Positions 52,407 through 61,690 of a stretch of 64,000 nucleotides of DNA are shown in pieces. The DNA is from a virus, in the IMG/VR virus record IMGVR_UViG_3300032214_000801, positions 6,270 to 70,269 of that record, one strand, 5' to 3'. Both the position numbers and the translations under genes were made by a program. The notes beneath the pieces are model-generated. The model was not told where the DNA came from. It saw nothing but the letters and a program-made list of their open reading frames with translations, and ran no database searches. Every line of letters begins with the position of its first letter. Position 1 is the stretch's first letter.

Positions 52407-52618
52407 GGAGTGATTTCGTTTGCTTTGTCGTATGCTGCGCGAGAACCTACAAAAACTTGTTTTGTATCGTAGAAGTAACGAACTCGCTCACGACGGGCAG
52501 CAATAAGAATATCATATTGCTCCTGTTGACTGTTAGTGAACTTGAAATCTTGCTTACGCCAAGCATCTTTCAGTTCGTTGAGATGAGGCAGAACGTTTAC
52601 AGTTTCAGACATGATCAA
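52403..52618 (-). CDS. Hypothetical protein
   Basis: 71 aa, overlapping both neighbours. Confidence 0.7.
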   Translation of the reverse strand: MIMSETVNVLPHLNELKDAWRKQDFKFTNSQQEQYDILIAARRERVRYFYDTKQVFVGSRAAYDKANEITP

Positions 52619-52752
52619 TAATCGTAGTTAGAGTTCAAATAGTTGTTGAAAGATTTTGAATCATCTTCCTCATCAAAGAGTCCTTCATTCATCTCTTCGA
52701 CAAAATCAAAGGAAGAAAACTCTTCAACCTGAACGTCATCAAAATGATCCAT
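52615..52752 (-). CDS. 45-aa very acidic early peptide
   Basis: Manual ORF MDHFDDVQVEEFSSFDFVEEMNEGLFDEEDDSKSFNNYLNSNYDY; GAGG RBS; first gene after the promoter copy at 52812. Confidence 0.7.
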   Translation of the reverse strand: MDHFDDVQVEEFSSFDFVEEMNEGLFDEEDDSKSFNNYLNSNYDY

Positions 52753-52818
52753 GGGTGTTCCTCAACTGAACAAATGTAGTGTAGACGATTTTGAAGGGAA
52801 ATCAAGAATGCTGTGCCA

Positions 52819-53022
52819 CTATTGCAACTGGCACAATGCACTCAAACGATTGCGAATTTCAATCATATTTTCTTGATCCAATTCATCAACACAATCAACT
52901 GGAGCAAACTCTTCCAGATTTACAGTTCCATCAGCAAAAATGGGAGAAAAATACAGTTCATCTCCATGTTCTTGAGATAGAGTATAAACACAACCGTGAT
53001 TGGGAACAGTCAGAAAAATCAT
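52819..53022 (-). CDS. Acidic early protein
   Basis: MIFLTVPNHGCVYTLSQEHGDELYFSPI...; lies between promoter copies at 53080 and 52812. Confidence 0.7.
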   Translation of the reverse strand: MIFLTVPNHGCVYTLSQEHGDELYFSPIFADGTVNLEEFAPVDCVDELDQENMIEIRNRLSALCQLQ

Positions 53023-53103
53023 GAGAAATCTCAGGAACAAATGTAATATACAGGAGATCTGGGTGCTTGTGTCAGATCAGTGTGCGGTTTGCGAACTGTC
53101 CAC

Positions 53104-53502
53104 TCAGCGACTCATAATTGATTTTATCCTAGCTTTCTTTGCTGCTAATTCTGCACCTGCTTCGTGCTCCATCTCTCCATGCGCCTGACGGATTTGCATA
53201 CCTTTCCAACGTGCAGATTGTCTTGCAACTTGCTTGCTATACTCAGTTGGTTGCATTGTTGGATGTTGCTCTTCAATCTTCTTTGCTTTCTTGATTGCTT
53301 TACCACCAATTCCACCTTGCTTATCAAGCATTTTGGTTATTTTCTTTGCTGACTTGATTGGTGTTTTCTTTGGTTTATCATCTCTCTTGAGAGTATAAGT
53401 TTTCACACCATCTTTTTCTTGATAAGTTCCAGGAACTGCATAGGGAGGATCATTTGATTTCTTCCCTTCACAAATAGTACAAAACTCTCTAAATGTTAAC
53501 AT
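53104..53502 (-). CDS. Candidate internal head protein with capsid-targeting leader
   Basis: N-terminal MLTFREFCTICE (compare T4 IPIII MKTYQEFIAE); Lys-rich; late promoter at 53522-53528. Confidence 0.7.
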   Translation of the reverse strand: MLTFREFCTICEGKKSNDPPYAVPGTYQEKDGVKTYTLKRDDKPKKTPIKSAKKITKMLDKQGGIGGKAIKKAKKIEEQHPTMQPTEYSKQVARQSARWKGMQIRQAHGEMEHEAGAELAAKKARIKSIMSR

Positions 53503-53524
53503 GTTACTTATACTTTTTAGATAT

Positions 53525-54946
53525 TTATTTTACAAATATCTTTATATCTTTTGCACCTTGCTTCTCTATCACACTCTGCCAGAAAGCAGCATCATCAATT
53601 GTAAGAAAAGTTGCTGTTTGTTTAGAGTAACCCTTCTTTTTGGGATGGAGATACTGTACTAGGTACTTCATGGGGATTTTCAATAAAGATTTCAATTTGT
53701 GTATTATCATTCCAGTGTCTAATCACACCTGCAACGATAAAGCAGTTTGTAATCAAATAAGTAGCAAAAATCACGGTGCGAATGACTGCAACCGTGTCGC
53801 TTTCTTTATCACATTTGGATGCTTTCTCTCCGATGGACTTTGCCCACCATCGCCACCAGTTACTATTCTTCTTCATTTTCCATCTGCAAAAACAACTTGA
53901 TTGAAATCAGATTGATAGACAACTACACGAACATCTTGTGAGCGATGAGAACCTTTACTGACAAGAATTGAAATAGATTTTTCAGATGTAAATGCCACTA
54001 CTCCAGAAACAGTTTTGTAAATCACTTCTGTGCCTTCAGTAAAGATCATAAAAAGAATTCCTCCAATCCTTGATATTTAATGGGCATGGAAGTCCAGCAA
54101 CGAGTATCACTGAGTTTTACTTCTTTGCCAACTGTGGTACTATTTACAGGACTAAAGAACTGGCACTTTTTGTAGTTGTAGAATCCCCAGATGGTACGGG
54201 TAGGTTTTCCGTTATTGTAATCAAACTGGCGGTGGCAACGCAACCAAATAGAAAACACATTACGCTTGAACTCTTCAACTTCATAAGAATATCCTTTTGG
54301 TGCTTTATGCTTGAATTGAGGAATTAGATCCACTGAGAGGTTCATCATCAATACAAAGTGAAAGGTATTCTGGGTAAATTGTAGCAGCAATGTACTGTGC
54401 CAGATCTCGCGTAGATGCTACTACATCAACTGATACATTAATACTATTTGGCACATCATCTGGAGCATCTTGTAGTGGCAGTTCTAATTCAACACGCCAC
54501 ACTCGCCCAGAACGAAGATGAACATCATAATCAATATGCAAATCAGCAGTCATAATCACGCTCAGTAGACAGCAGAGTAATCATAGTTTTGAGTTTAGCA
54601 ATTTCTTGCTCTTGCTCTTCAATTTTATCTTGAAGACGCTGGATTTGTGTTTGATACTGTTCTTTCAAATCAAAAAGCATTTTGTTTGAGTGTGCAACGT
54701 TGTGTGTCATAATCAGGTGGTAAAAGAATCAACAATTCGGGAAACTTCTTCATCTACCAAAGCAAATCGAAGAGACTTGACTACGTTTGACATAATCAAA
54801 TTATCGTAATCGCTGTCATAAGAAATACCACTATCACGGAGAATATCGTGGCATTCTTGATCATTCTCTGCAATGACACTGATAGTTCCACCATACTCAG
54901 AAGAAGGAAAAGGAACCCAGAAATCAACCAAATACAAATACTTCAT
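53525..54946 (-). CDS. Operon of about seven small hypothetical ORFs
   Basis: Track ORFs ending at 54713, 54305, 54046, 53622 and 53525, plus manual ORFs 54543-54710 and 53873-54049; driven by the sigma70 promoter at 54970-54998. Confidence 0.65.
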
Positions 54947-54969
54947 CGTCTGTTGTAAATTACCTCTCT

Positions 54970-54998
54970 AGTTTAGTTGTTGTTGTCGTCTTCGTCAA
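54970..54998 (-). promoter_or_regulatory. sigma70-type promoter
   Basis: TTGACG-17bp-TAAACT followed by a GAGG RBS. Confidence 0.7.
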
Positions 54999-55602
54999 GT
55001 GTGTTTTGATCAGCGGCAAGAATAAGTGCCACTCCCATAGTTGCAAGAACTCCAAGAGCAAACCCAGCAATGAATACCATCAGTAGAACTCGGCAAGGTA
55101 GTATTCTACAGTGATTTCCATTTCACTCGCTGCTGCTTCAATTTCTTTCCAAAATTCCTGTGCAGTTTTCTCTTGTTCTGCTTTTTTGATCAGATTTTTG
55201 ATGCGTTGGGAAATCATCGTTGTTGCTCCTTTTGTTGAGTGTAAACTTCATCAAACCAACGATTTAGAATGTTTTCGCAGGTTTGATATTCTTTGCCATT
55301 CAATGCTGCCTTGTGCATTTGCCAATACCTGACAGCATGAAAGATAATTTTCTTCTCTTCAGGTGTCAAATCGTCTTTCATCATTGTGTCTAATCACTTT
55401 GAAATAATATGTAAGTAATCCTACCACAAGTGCAGTGATTAACAAGTAAAGTACAATACCAACAGAAAGTGTCATTTTTGTTGTTGTTTTGCGGTTTCTT
55501 GATAATATGCTTTATACATTGCATCATCACGTTGAATACAAAAGATGTTCCAACCAATGATAGCAACAAAACCAATCAGTCCTGCGGCAAGATACTTACG
55601 GT

Positions 55603-56010
55603 TCATTTGTTCATTTGCAGAGTAGGGACAGGCATTCCACCTTCAGTGGGAACATAGATGGTAACATTACCTTTGTTGGAACCTTCTTCCAGTCCAGTGA
55701 TATACAGATACTGAAGATACTCACGGTTATCTTTCAGCGAATCACCGATGATTTGGTTTGCTTTAGCAACACCTTGAGCACGGATGATTTCAGCATCAGC
55801 AAGTTGTTGTGCCGAATCTTTCTTTGCTTGTGCTTCAAGAACTGCAACCTGTCGGGTATATTCTGCCTTTTGCAGTTCTGCTTTACCCGCAAGAGATTGT
55901 TGCCATACATTGTAGAGTGGTCCACCAAAGAATAGCAGAGCAACGACAACTACAAACCCACCACCAATAACAATGGCAACAGGGGTATTAGGATCATTGT
56001 AACGTGTCAT
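55603..56010 (-). CDS. Membrane protein with SPFH/band-7-like C-terminal coiled coil
   Basis: N-terminal TM helix; AEIIRAQGVAKANQII...YLQYLYI...TIYVPTE; lacks the SPFH core. Confidence 0.65.
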   Translation of the reverse strand: MTRYNDPNTPVAIVIGGGFVVVVALLFFGGPLYNVWQQSLAGKAELQKAEYTRQVAVLEAQAKKDSAQQLADAEIIRAQGVAKANQIIGDSLKDNREYLQYLYITGLEEGSNKGNVTIYVPTEGGMPVPTLQMNK

Positions 56011-56198
56011 TTAGAAGAACCTCCAGTGTTTTTGAAAATAGCATTAGCAAGGAAGATGATAGCAAAGTTCTGCCAGAATGACAGACTTACTCCAAACCAC
56101 GATAGAATCAGTCCAAGCAACCACGCTTCAAAGAATAATCCAGCAACAGCAAGGACAATAACAAAAAAGGCAACACCAAAAGCAGTAGAAGTTTTCAT
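56007..56198 (-). CDS. Small membrane protein
   Basis: 63 aa, mostly hydrophobic. Confidence 0.7.
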   Translation of the reverse strand: MKTSTAFGVAFFVIVLAVAGLFFEAWLLGLILSWFGVSLSFWQNFAIIFLANAIFKNTGGSSK

Positions 56199-56201
56199 AG
56201 T

Positions 56202-56594
56202 TCAAACAGCAAGGGCACCAGAGGGAATTTCAACAACTTCAGGGAGTTTAGCATCATCAAACTGATTCATATCATAGCACACCCACTTATTGTAGCGAGT
56301 GAACAAGTATGCAAACTCTTCGTTATTTTCACCAAGAAGATAATCATCAATCAGAGTATCATCAAGGCGAGGAGGGCAGTTATCACCACGCTGAGAGTAA
56401 TACTCAGGTGCTTTATTTTCTGCCCAGCAGGTGCTCATGTCACCACCATCAATCAGTTCAGCGGCAAGTTCTTTGCTATTGTAGTGAGTGTTCAGAATAC
56501 GACCCAACCATTCGGGATAACCATCCCAGTGGTGGTAAGCAGAAAGAATAGAACCATCAGAGAGTTCAATACCAATGCGTGAGCGGGTTGCCAT
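56202..56594 (-). CDS. Phage hypothetical protein (YxHWDGYP motif)
   Basis: MATRSRIG...YHHWDGYPEWLG...EEFAYLF; first gene after the promoter copy at 56653. Confidence 0.8.
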   Translation of the reverse strand: MATRSRIGIELSDGSILSAYHHWDGYPEWLGRILNTHYNSKELAAELIDGGDMSTCWAENKAPEYYSQRGDNCPPRLDDTLIDDYLLGENNEEFAYLFTRYNKWVCYDMNQFDDAKLPEVVEIPSGALAV

Positions 56595-56615
56595 GTGTTT
56601 TGATTGATTACCTTG

Positions 56616-57467
56616 TTAGGATAGGGCATCGAGCAGGGGATTGGCAGAAACAGTGGACGGTTCTTCAACTGTCACATGCTGGGCAATGCGACGATTGCAG
56701 ACATCAAAATAGGTTTCGTCAATTTCAAAACCAACATATTTTCTGTTTGTCTCAATGCAACAAACAGCAGTGGTTCCTGCTCCCATGAAAGGATCAAGAA
56801 CTAAATCATCTTCATTGCTCCAAGTGAGAATGTGATCTTTTGCAAGTGCTTCGGGAAAAATAGCAGGATGTTCAAATGCTGCATCATCTTTGGATGAATA
56901 ATTCTTTCCAGTGTTATACTTCCAGATATTATTGCGAGGACTAAACTCTGGAATGGGTTTGATGTTACGTTCAACCAAAGAACCATCTTTGGTGCGAATT
57001 GTACCCTTTCCAAAATGAGTATAACCTGCCCAACGATTTGGTTTATCGCAAAGGAGATTTGCAGTCTTTGGTTTTGTTTTCTTTGATAAGACAAACATAT
57101 ACTCAAAGACTTGAGAATAGCGATTGCCATCTCTACGAGCAGGAAATGGACTACCATTCTTCTCATAGATCATGGTATCGTGCAAAACAAATCCAAGATC
57201 CATAAAATGTAGACACTGACGAAAACTGCTGCCAGTTTCGCCACCCTTTACTGTAGCATCTCCAACAACCCATACAACAACTCCACCGATTTTCATAACT
57301 CGATAAAGTTGTTCTGCAACTCCTTTGAAAGTCTCAAAGTTCCAGGAAGAACTATCATTGTAGGATCGAAGATTATCATATGGAGGAGAAGTCACGCACA
57401 TGTCGATGACTTCATCCTCCAGAGTCTTCATTCCTTCAATACAATTTGAAAGAATAATTTGATTCAT
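56616..57467 (-). CDS. DNA amino-methyltransferase, beta class (likely N4-cytosine)
   Basis: Motif IV TSPPY near the N-terminus, HPAIFP, and motif I DPFMGAGTT near the C-terminus. Confidence 0.93.
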   Translation of the reverse strand: MNQIILSNCIEGMKTLEDEVIDMCVTSPPYDNLRSYNDSSSWNFETFKGVAEQLYRVMKIGGVVVWVVGDATVKGGETGSSFRQCLHFMDLGFVLHDTMIYEKNGSPFPARRDGNRYSQVFEYMFVLSKKTKPKTANLLCDKPNRWAGYTHFGKGTIRTKDGSLVERNIKPIPEFSPRNNIWKYNTGKNYSSKDDAAFEHPAIFPEALAKDHILTWSNEDDLVLDPFMGAGTTAVCCIETNRKYVGFEIDETYFDVCNRRIAQHVTVEEPSTVSANPLLDALS

Positions 57468-58117
57468 GCGGCAGGTTCAAACTGAAGGTATTTACCGTTA
57501 CGATTGGGAATGCGGAAGTTACCCCATGCAACTTGTTCTTTCACTTTATCATAATCATCCACAGAAATCAAGAGTGAAGTGCGTGAATTGGATTTAGTTG
57601 CACTACCACGACGAATGAAATTGAGATTATCAAACACACCAATGAAGATTTCATCAATCAAATTGACTTGTGCTGAAGTAACTTGAAAGACATTAGCATT
57701 TTCATTGATGCCATATTTGACACCAATAAAATCAATTACATCATCCTCTTTTTTTGAAGCATGAGTAGAACCAGTCCATGAATTGGTGCCACTGGTTCCT
57801 TTAATTTCCCAAATTACATCTTCGATTGTCACATCACCTGAAGATGTACGATCTTTTTTAACATTAAACTTATCTGCAAGAGTGCAAGTAAGAACTGACT
57901 CAAGAATGCGTCCAAGATAAACAAAAACTTCATTGCGATCTTCTGAACCAAGTTCAGAAAACTTGATTTGATCGGTATCAATGACTTTTTTTGCAAGTTC
58001 TCGGTTGAGATTGCGAAGAATTGGACAATAACCAATTTCTTCATTCAATTCACCAAGAATTGATTTTGCAATCTTAGGATCAGCAAAGAAATCGCGAATG
58101 TCAGTAGAAAGAGTCAT
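57464..58117 (-). CDS. Putative PD-(D/E)xK endonuclease, candidate cognate restriction enzyme
   Basis: Helix GRILE then SGD-x7-WEIK; ATGA-coupled to the MTase. Confidence 0.6.
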   Translation of the reverse strand: MTLSTDIRDFFADPKIAKSILGELNEEIGYCPILRNLNRELAKKVIDTDQIKFSELGSEDRNEVFVYLGRILESVLTCTLADKFNVKKDRTSSGDVTIEDVIWEIKGTSGTNSWTGSTHASKKEDDVIDFIGVKYGINENANVFQVTSAQVNLIDEIFIGVFDNLNFIRRGSATKSNSRTSLLISVDDYDKVKEQVAWGNFRIPNRNGKYLQFEPAA

Positions 58118-58164
58118 GGGAAGTGGTTGACTACAGATTAAAGATAAAAGGGAATTGGAGCGTG

Positions 58165-58338
58165 CTAGATGAACACTGTGCCAGTTTTTGGATTGGCACG
58201 GTGTTCCTTGATAAACTTTTGTGCTTGCAATACTGTACTCACATCAATTAGTTGTTCACCATTGTAGATGACAACTAACCTCTTTTTGCCCCAAGGTACA
58301 GCAGCATATCCATCTTTAGTTTCAAATCCTTCTTTCAT
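58165..58338 (-). CDS. Small hypothetical protein
   Basis: Manual ORF MKEGFETKDGYAAVPWGKKRLVVIYNGEQL...; ATGA-coupled to the helicase. Confidence 0.7.
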   Translation of the reverse strand: MKEGFETKDGYAAVPWGKKRLVVIYNGEQLIDVSTVLQAQKFIKEHRANPKTGTVFI

Positions 58339-59555
58339 CGTTTAATCACCGAAATTGCAGGTTCACCTTGTTGAAATACAGTATCAACAACATTTTGGAT
58401 CTTTTTGGCAGTGCTAATGCCAACAGAACTGAAGGTAGGAATAATCACAAGTCCATATGACTTATGATAGTCTTCCAATCGTCCTGGTGTCAAATCACCA
58501 GAGCGAAGTCGTGTAGCATCCTTGTGATGCAATCGCACCACACGTCCAATCGTTTGGCAAATACCAATGGCATCCATAGATCGCATAAAGATTACTGCTT
58601 CCAGTCCAGATACATTGATACCTTCAGATAGGATAGAATAGTGAAGCAGCACAAACTTCTTAGAGTCATCCTTACTCCAATCGTGAAGAGTATCAAAGAA
58701 CTGCTCACGATTTACCTTCTTACCATCAATAATTGCACCAGTCTTGGATGTAATCACCATCCAAGAGTATCCTCGATCCTCTAGTTCCCGACAGAAATCG
58801 GTTTGAGAGATCAGACTGGTGATTTGTTTGGTTGCTTTAGCGCAAATAAGAACCTTAGAAACTCCTGCTTCATCAATGCTTTCTATCAGATGATTACAGT
58901 CGCGTTCAAATACATTGACACTACTCAAAGATACTTGCTTTGCAACAATCTTAGGTGGGATAATGTATCCTTCATTCACCATTCGTGGCGCAGGAACATT
59001 TGCAATGATGTTGCCATAAACCTGAGAGTTGTTCATTCCAGGTTTCTTGGGAGTGGAAGAATACTTTGGAGTTGCAGTATAGAAATAGCAGCGATCTGCA
59101 TGTTGACTGAAGTATTCAGTGGCAACATAGAAGTTCTTTTGCACACTGTTATGTGCTTCATCAAAGTGAATCGTATCAACCTTGATTCCAGACTCCATAA
59201 TTTTATGGAGAGAATGATAGGTTGTAAAGATCAATTGATGTTTGTATGCACGACGACACCAGTTATAGATTTCGGAAGGTTTGGTGGTGCTGAAGTGATG
59301 AGTTTCTCCACTATGAACATGGAGAACAGCAACAGTATCAATATGCTCAAGATACTCAGAAGAGAGTTGATTCGCAAGCAAGATGCGAGGAGCAACAACT
59401 ACAACAGTCTGTGGAGTCTCTTTTAGAAACTCACGGATAGTATCACCAATACCTACAAGAGTCTTACCTGCACCTGTCGTTGCGCAGATAATACCTTTAG
59501 GATGAATCTCAGTCGCATCAAGACATTCCTTTTGGTGATCGCGAAAAGAAATCAT
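58335..59555 (-). CDS. Superfamily 2 (ResIII-like) DExH helicase
   Basis: Q-motif FRDHQ, TGAGKT, DEAH, TATP, LSEGIN and QTIGRVVR motifs. Confidence 0.92.
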   Translation of the reverse strand: MISFRDHQKECLDATEIHPKGIICATTGAGKTLVGIGDTIREFLKETPQTVVVVAPRILLANQLSSEYLEHIDTVAVLHVHSGETHHFSTTKPSEIYNWCRRAYKHQLIFTTYHSLHKIMESGIKVDTIHFDEAHNSVQKNFYVATEYFSQHADRCYFYTATPKYSSTPKKPGMNNSQVYGNIIANVPAPRMVNEGYIIPPKIVAKQVSLSSVNVFERDCNHLIESIDEAGVSKVLICAKATKQITSLISQTDFCRELEDRGYSWMVITSKTGAIIDGKKVNREQFFDTLHDWSKDDSKKFVLLHYSILSEGINVSGLEAVIFMRSMDAIGICQTIGRVVRLHHKDATRLRSGDLTPGRLEDYHKSYGLVIIPTFSSVGISTAKKIQNVVDTVFQQGEPAISVIKR

Positions 59556-59622
59556 GAATTAAGAATCAATGTAGTAATAATACCAGGGATCTGGTGCTGT
59601 GGCAAGTCAGTGTGCCAGTTGT

Positions 59623-59778
59623 TCAGGTGTCTTCAATATAATTCCACTCAATGATTCCAGGATTATCAGCAGGAATTTTATCTACAGCATGTCCAAAACT
59701 ATCTGCTTCGCAATTAAACTCAAAGATTTCTCCATCTTCATCTAAGTCAGATTGTGTATAGAAGATTTTAAATTTCAT
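59623..59778 (-). CDS. Small acidic protein
   Basis: Manual ORF MKFKIFYTQSDLDEDGEIFEFNCEADSFGHAVDKIPADNPGIIEWNYIEDT; TTGACA-17bp-TAGTTT promoter at 59802-59830. Confidence 0.6.
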   Translation of the reverse strand: MKFKIFYTQSDLDEDGEIFEFNCEADSFGHAVDKIPADNPGIIEWNYIEDT

Positions 59779-59833
59779 TGCTACTATTTTACTACTCTTC
59801 TAAACTACCATAAACAATTTCATTTGTCAAGAA

Positions 59834-61669
59834 TTAGTTACCAACCTTAACATATCTTGGAGTTTTGAGATTTTCTGCATAGATGTCATCCATCTTAAAT
59901 CTTGTACCTTTAAAAGTAATAAATCCTCTACCTGTAGCAAGCGAGTATAATGATAAGATCATTTTCTTTTTAAGAATCTTTTTAATTTGCATATTGTGTT
60001 TTGCAAAGATATAACCGAATTCAGCATTACTCAAAATTGCATATGATTTTTGTATTTTCCCTACTGCTTTCTTCATTATAGTGTCAGTTTCTTTTTTATC
60101 TTTTGCCTTGCTTGCTTGTGATATTAAACTATTCATTTCATTAAGTGTAGTATTTTTTAACGACACAAACTTGCCCATACTATTACCTTTTGAAAGGTAC
60201 TTAGTATATTCTTCATAAAATTCTTCTATAATTTTCAAATATATTGTTTCAATGGACTCATATTTTGCTTGATAATATCTCTGAGCGGCAGATGTTTTTG
60301 TTTTTGCTTTTGCAATCAACGCACCTGTTAAAACTTGAGTCTTACCATTTTCAACAGAAACAACAGCACCTATTTTTCCTTGAGTTGTTCCCAACATCTT
60401 AGAAATTACTTTTTCATAATTACCAGAAGCAAAAATTGTTTTGTCGATACTTGAGAATTTTAAACTACTTGATATATTGCGATCTCTATAAACCTCATTT
60501 GATCCACTAAATCCATTACTCTTACATGCCTCATTGAAATAATATTCTCTTTTCTTAGAAAGATTTGAAAAGAGAGTTTTGAGTTGTGGAAATTCATCTG
60601 AAAGATCTTCAAATCTTGTTATAGTTGTTCCACCTTCATGATAACCACCCGCTTTGTCTGGTTGAAAATAAAAATTATTACCTGCACCAAAATTAGTGAA
60701 GATTTTATATGGTTTTTCATTACCTTTATAATTGAAAGTGTATTTTACTTCCAATCTATCATTTGTAGTGAATTTAATGTTATCATCTAATGTTATAAAT
60801 TCGTCTATTGCCCTTTCAAATTCTGGAAATTTAACATTACCTTCTTTTGCTAATTTGAGAAGTAGTCCGACAAATTTTAAAAATTCATCATCTGATGTTT
60901 CATCTGGAACATTTCCACTGCTATGAAACGAAAATGGAACTCTAGAAACATCATCTGGAACTGGAGATAATTTCTTTAATGAAACTCCAATAACATCTTT
61001 TGATTCATAAAGAGAATTCATTACTCTAGTATATTTTGCAACAGTCAAATAAGATTTTGATATAACAGTTCCTTTGTATTTTAAAATATCTCTTTCATTA
61101 GTCAACTCACTTAAAGCATTTTTAACAGATTTAAGTTCAGTTTTTACAGCATCTGCATTTTCTATTAGTTGCAAAAATTTTGTTAATACTGAATGATTGT
61201 TTCTTGGACATAAAAATATGTCAGAGATATTCAATTTATCAGGATTCAAATTTGCAATAATTCCGCTACTTTTTCCAGTCCTAAATTTATATAATTTTGC
61301 AATTGCTGACGCCGCTTTTGTTTTTAATATCTCACCAATATTTCCAGACACACCATGTTTATTAACTCCCTTAGTGTTAGCACCAACCCCACAAAAAATA
61401 TATTTTGATAAGTCCAAATTTAATCTTTCACGAATTGCAAGAGCAGTCATGTAAGATCCTTTTACCCATTCTTCTTCATTTTTAAATCTTTTCTGAAATG
61501 CACCACTGGTTGTAACTTCCAATTGGCAGACATTTTTAACTTTATTCCAATCTTGTCCTGGTGACTGAATAAAATTATAAAAATCTTCATATGTTGCTTG
61601 AGGATAAAACGACAAATATCCCAAAGCAACACATGCAAGATCTTCATTTTGTTTGGTAGTATCTGCCAT
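59834..61669 (-). CDS. 611-aa basic protein, possible divergent PD-(D/E)xK nuclease
   Basis: QNE helix, NISDIFL and IGVSLKK; late promoter CTAAATA at 61684-61690; AT-rich. Confidence 0.5.
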   Translation of the reverse strand: MADTTKQNEDLACVALGYLSFYPQATYEDFYNFIQSPGQDWNKVKNVCQLEVTTSGAFQKRFKNEEEWVKGSYMTALAIRERLNLDLSKYIFCGVGANTKGVNKHGVSGNIGEILKTKAASAIAKLYKFRTGKSSGIIANLNPDKLNISDIFLCPRNNHSVLTKFLQLIENADAVKTELKSVKNALSELTNERDILKYKGTVISKSYLTVAKYTRVMNSLYESKDVIGVSLKKLSPVPDDVSRVPFSFHSSGNVPDETSDDEFLKFVGLLLKLAKEGNVKFPEFERAIDEFITLDDNIKFTTNDRLEVKYTFNYKGNEKPYKIFTNFGAGNNFYFQPDKAGGYHEGGTTITRFEDLSDEFPQLKTLFSNLSKKREYYFNEACKSNGFSGSNEVYRDRNISSSLKFSSIDKTIFASGNYEKVISKMLGTTQGKIGAVVSVENGKTQVLTGALIAKAKTKTSAAQRYYQAKYESIETIYLKIIEEFYEEYTKYLSKGNSMGKFVSLKNTTLNEMNSLISQASKAKDKKETDTIMKKAVGKIQKSYAILSNAEFGYIFAKHNMQIKKILKKKMILSLYSLATGRGFITFKGTRFKMDDIYAENLKTPRYVKVGN

Positions 61670-61690
61670 AACTCTTTTTCAAGTATTTAG

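Larger units (their letters stand above)
45573..59634 (-). promoter_or_regulatory. Family of 12 palindromic early-promoter elements (TGTGMCAS-N8-STGKCACA plus -10 box)
   Basis: 24-bp copies start at 45573, 47116, 48178, 49225, 49778, 50650, 50966, 52812, 53080, 56653, 58177 and 59611. Each lies 28-30 bp from a minus-strand -10 hexamer (TATATT, TATTCT, TATACT, TATTGT, TACACT, TATCCT, TATCTT, TATTAT) just upstream of a gene start. Confidence 0.9.
2601..61690 (-). promoter_or_regulatory. T4-type late promoters (gp55-type TAAATA core)
   Basis: Plus-strand TATTTA shortly upstream of minus-strand starts at 2601, 3861, 4054, 5791, 8623, 12353, 13816, 16124, 26365, 27749, 42261, 44341, 51469, 53522 and 61684. 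Confidence 0.85.

Noticed and set aside
56616-59555. Type III R-M system (Mod plus Res helicase)
   Set aside because: The helicase is only 406 aa with no nuclease domain, has its own promoter, and is separated from the short type II-like MTase.
45573-59634. Palindromes as CRISPR repeats, terminators or integron attC sites
   Set aside because: They are dispersed at irregular distances, lack U-tracts and attC R-box ends, and keep a fixed distance to -10 boxes, which indicates promoter elements.
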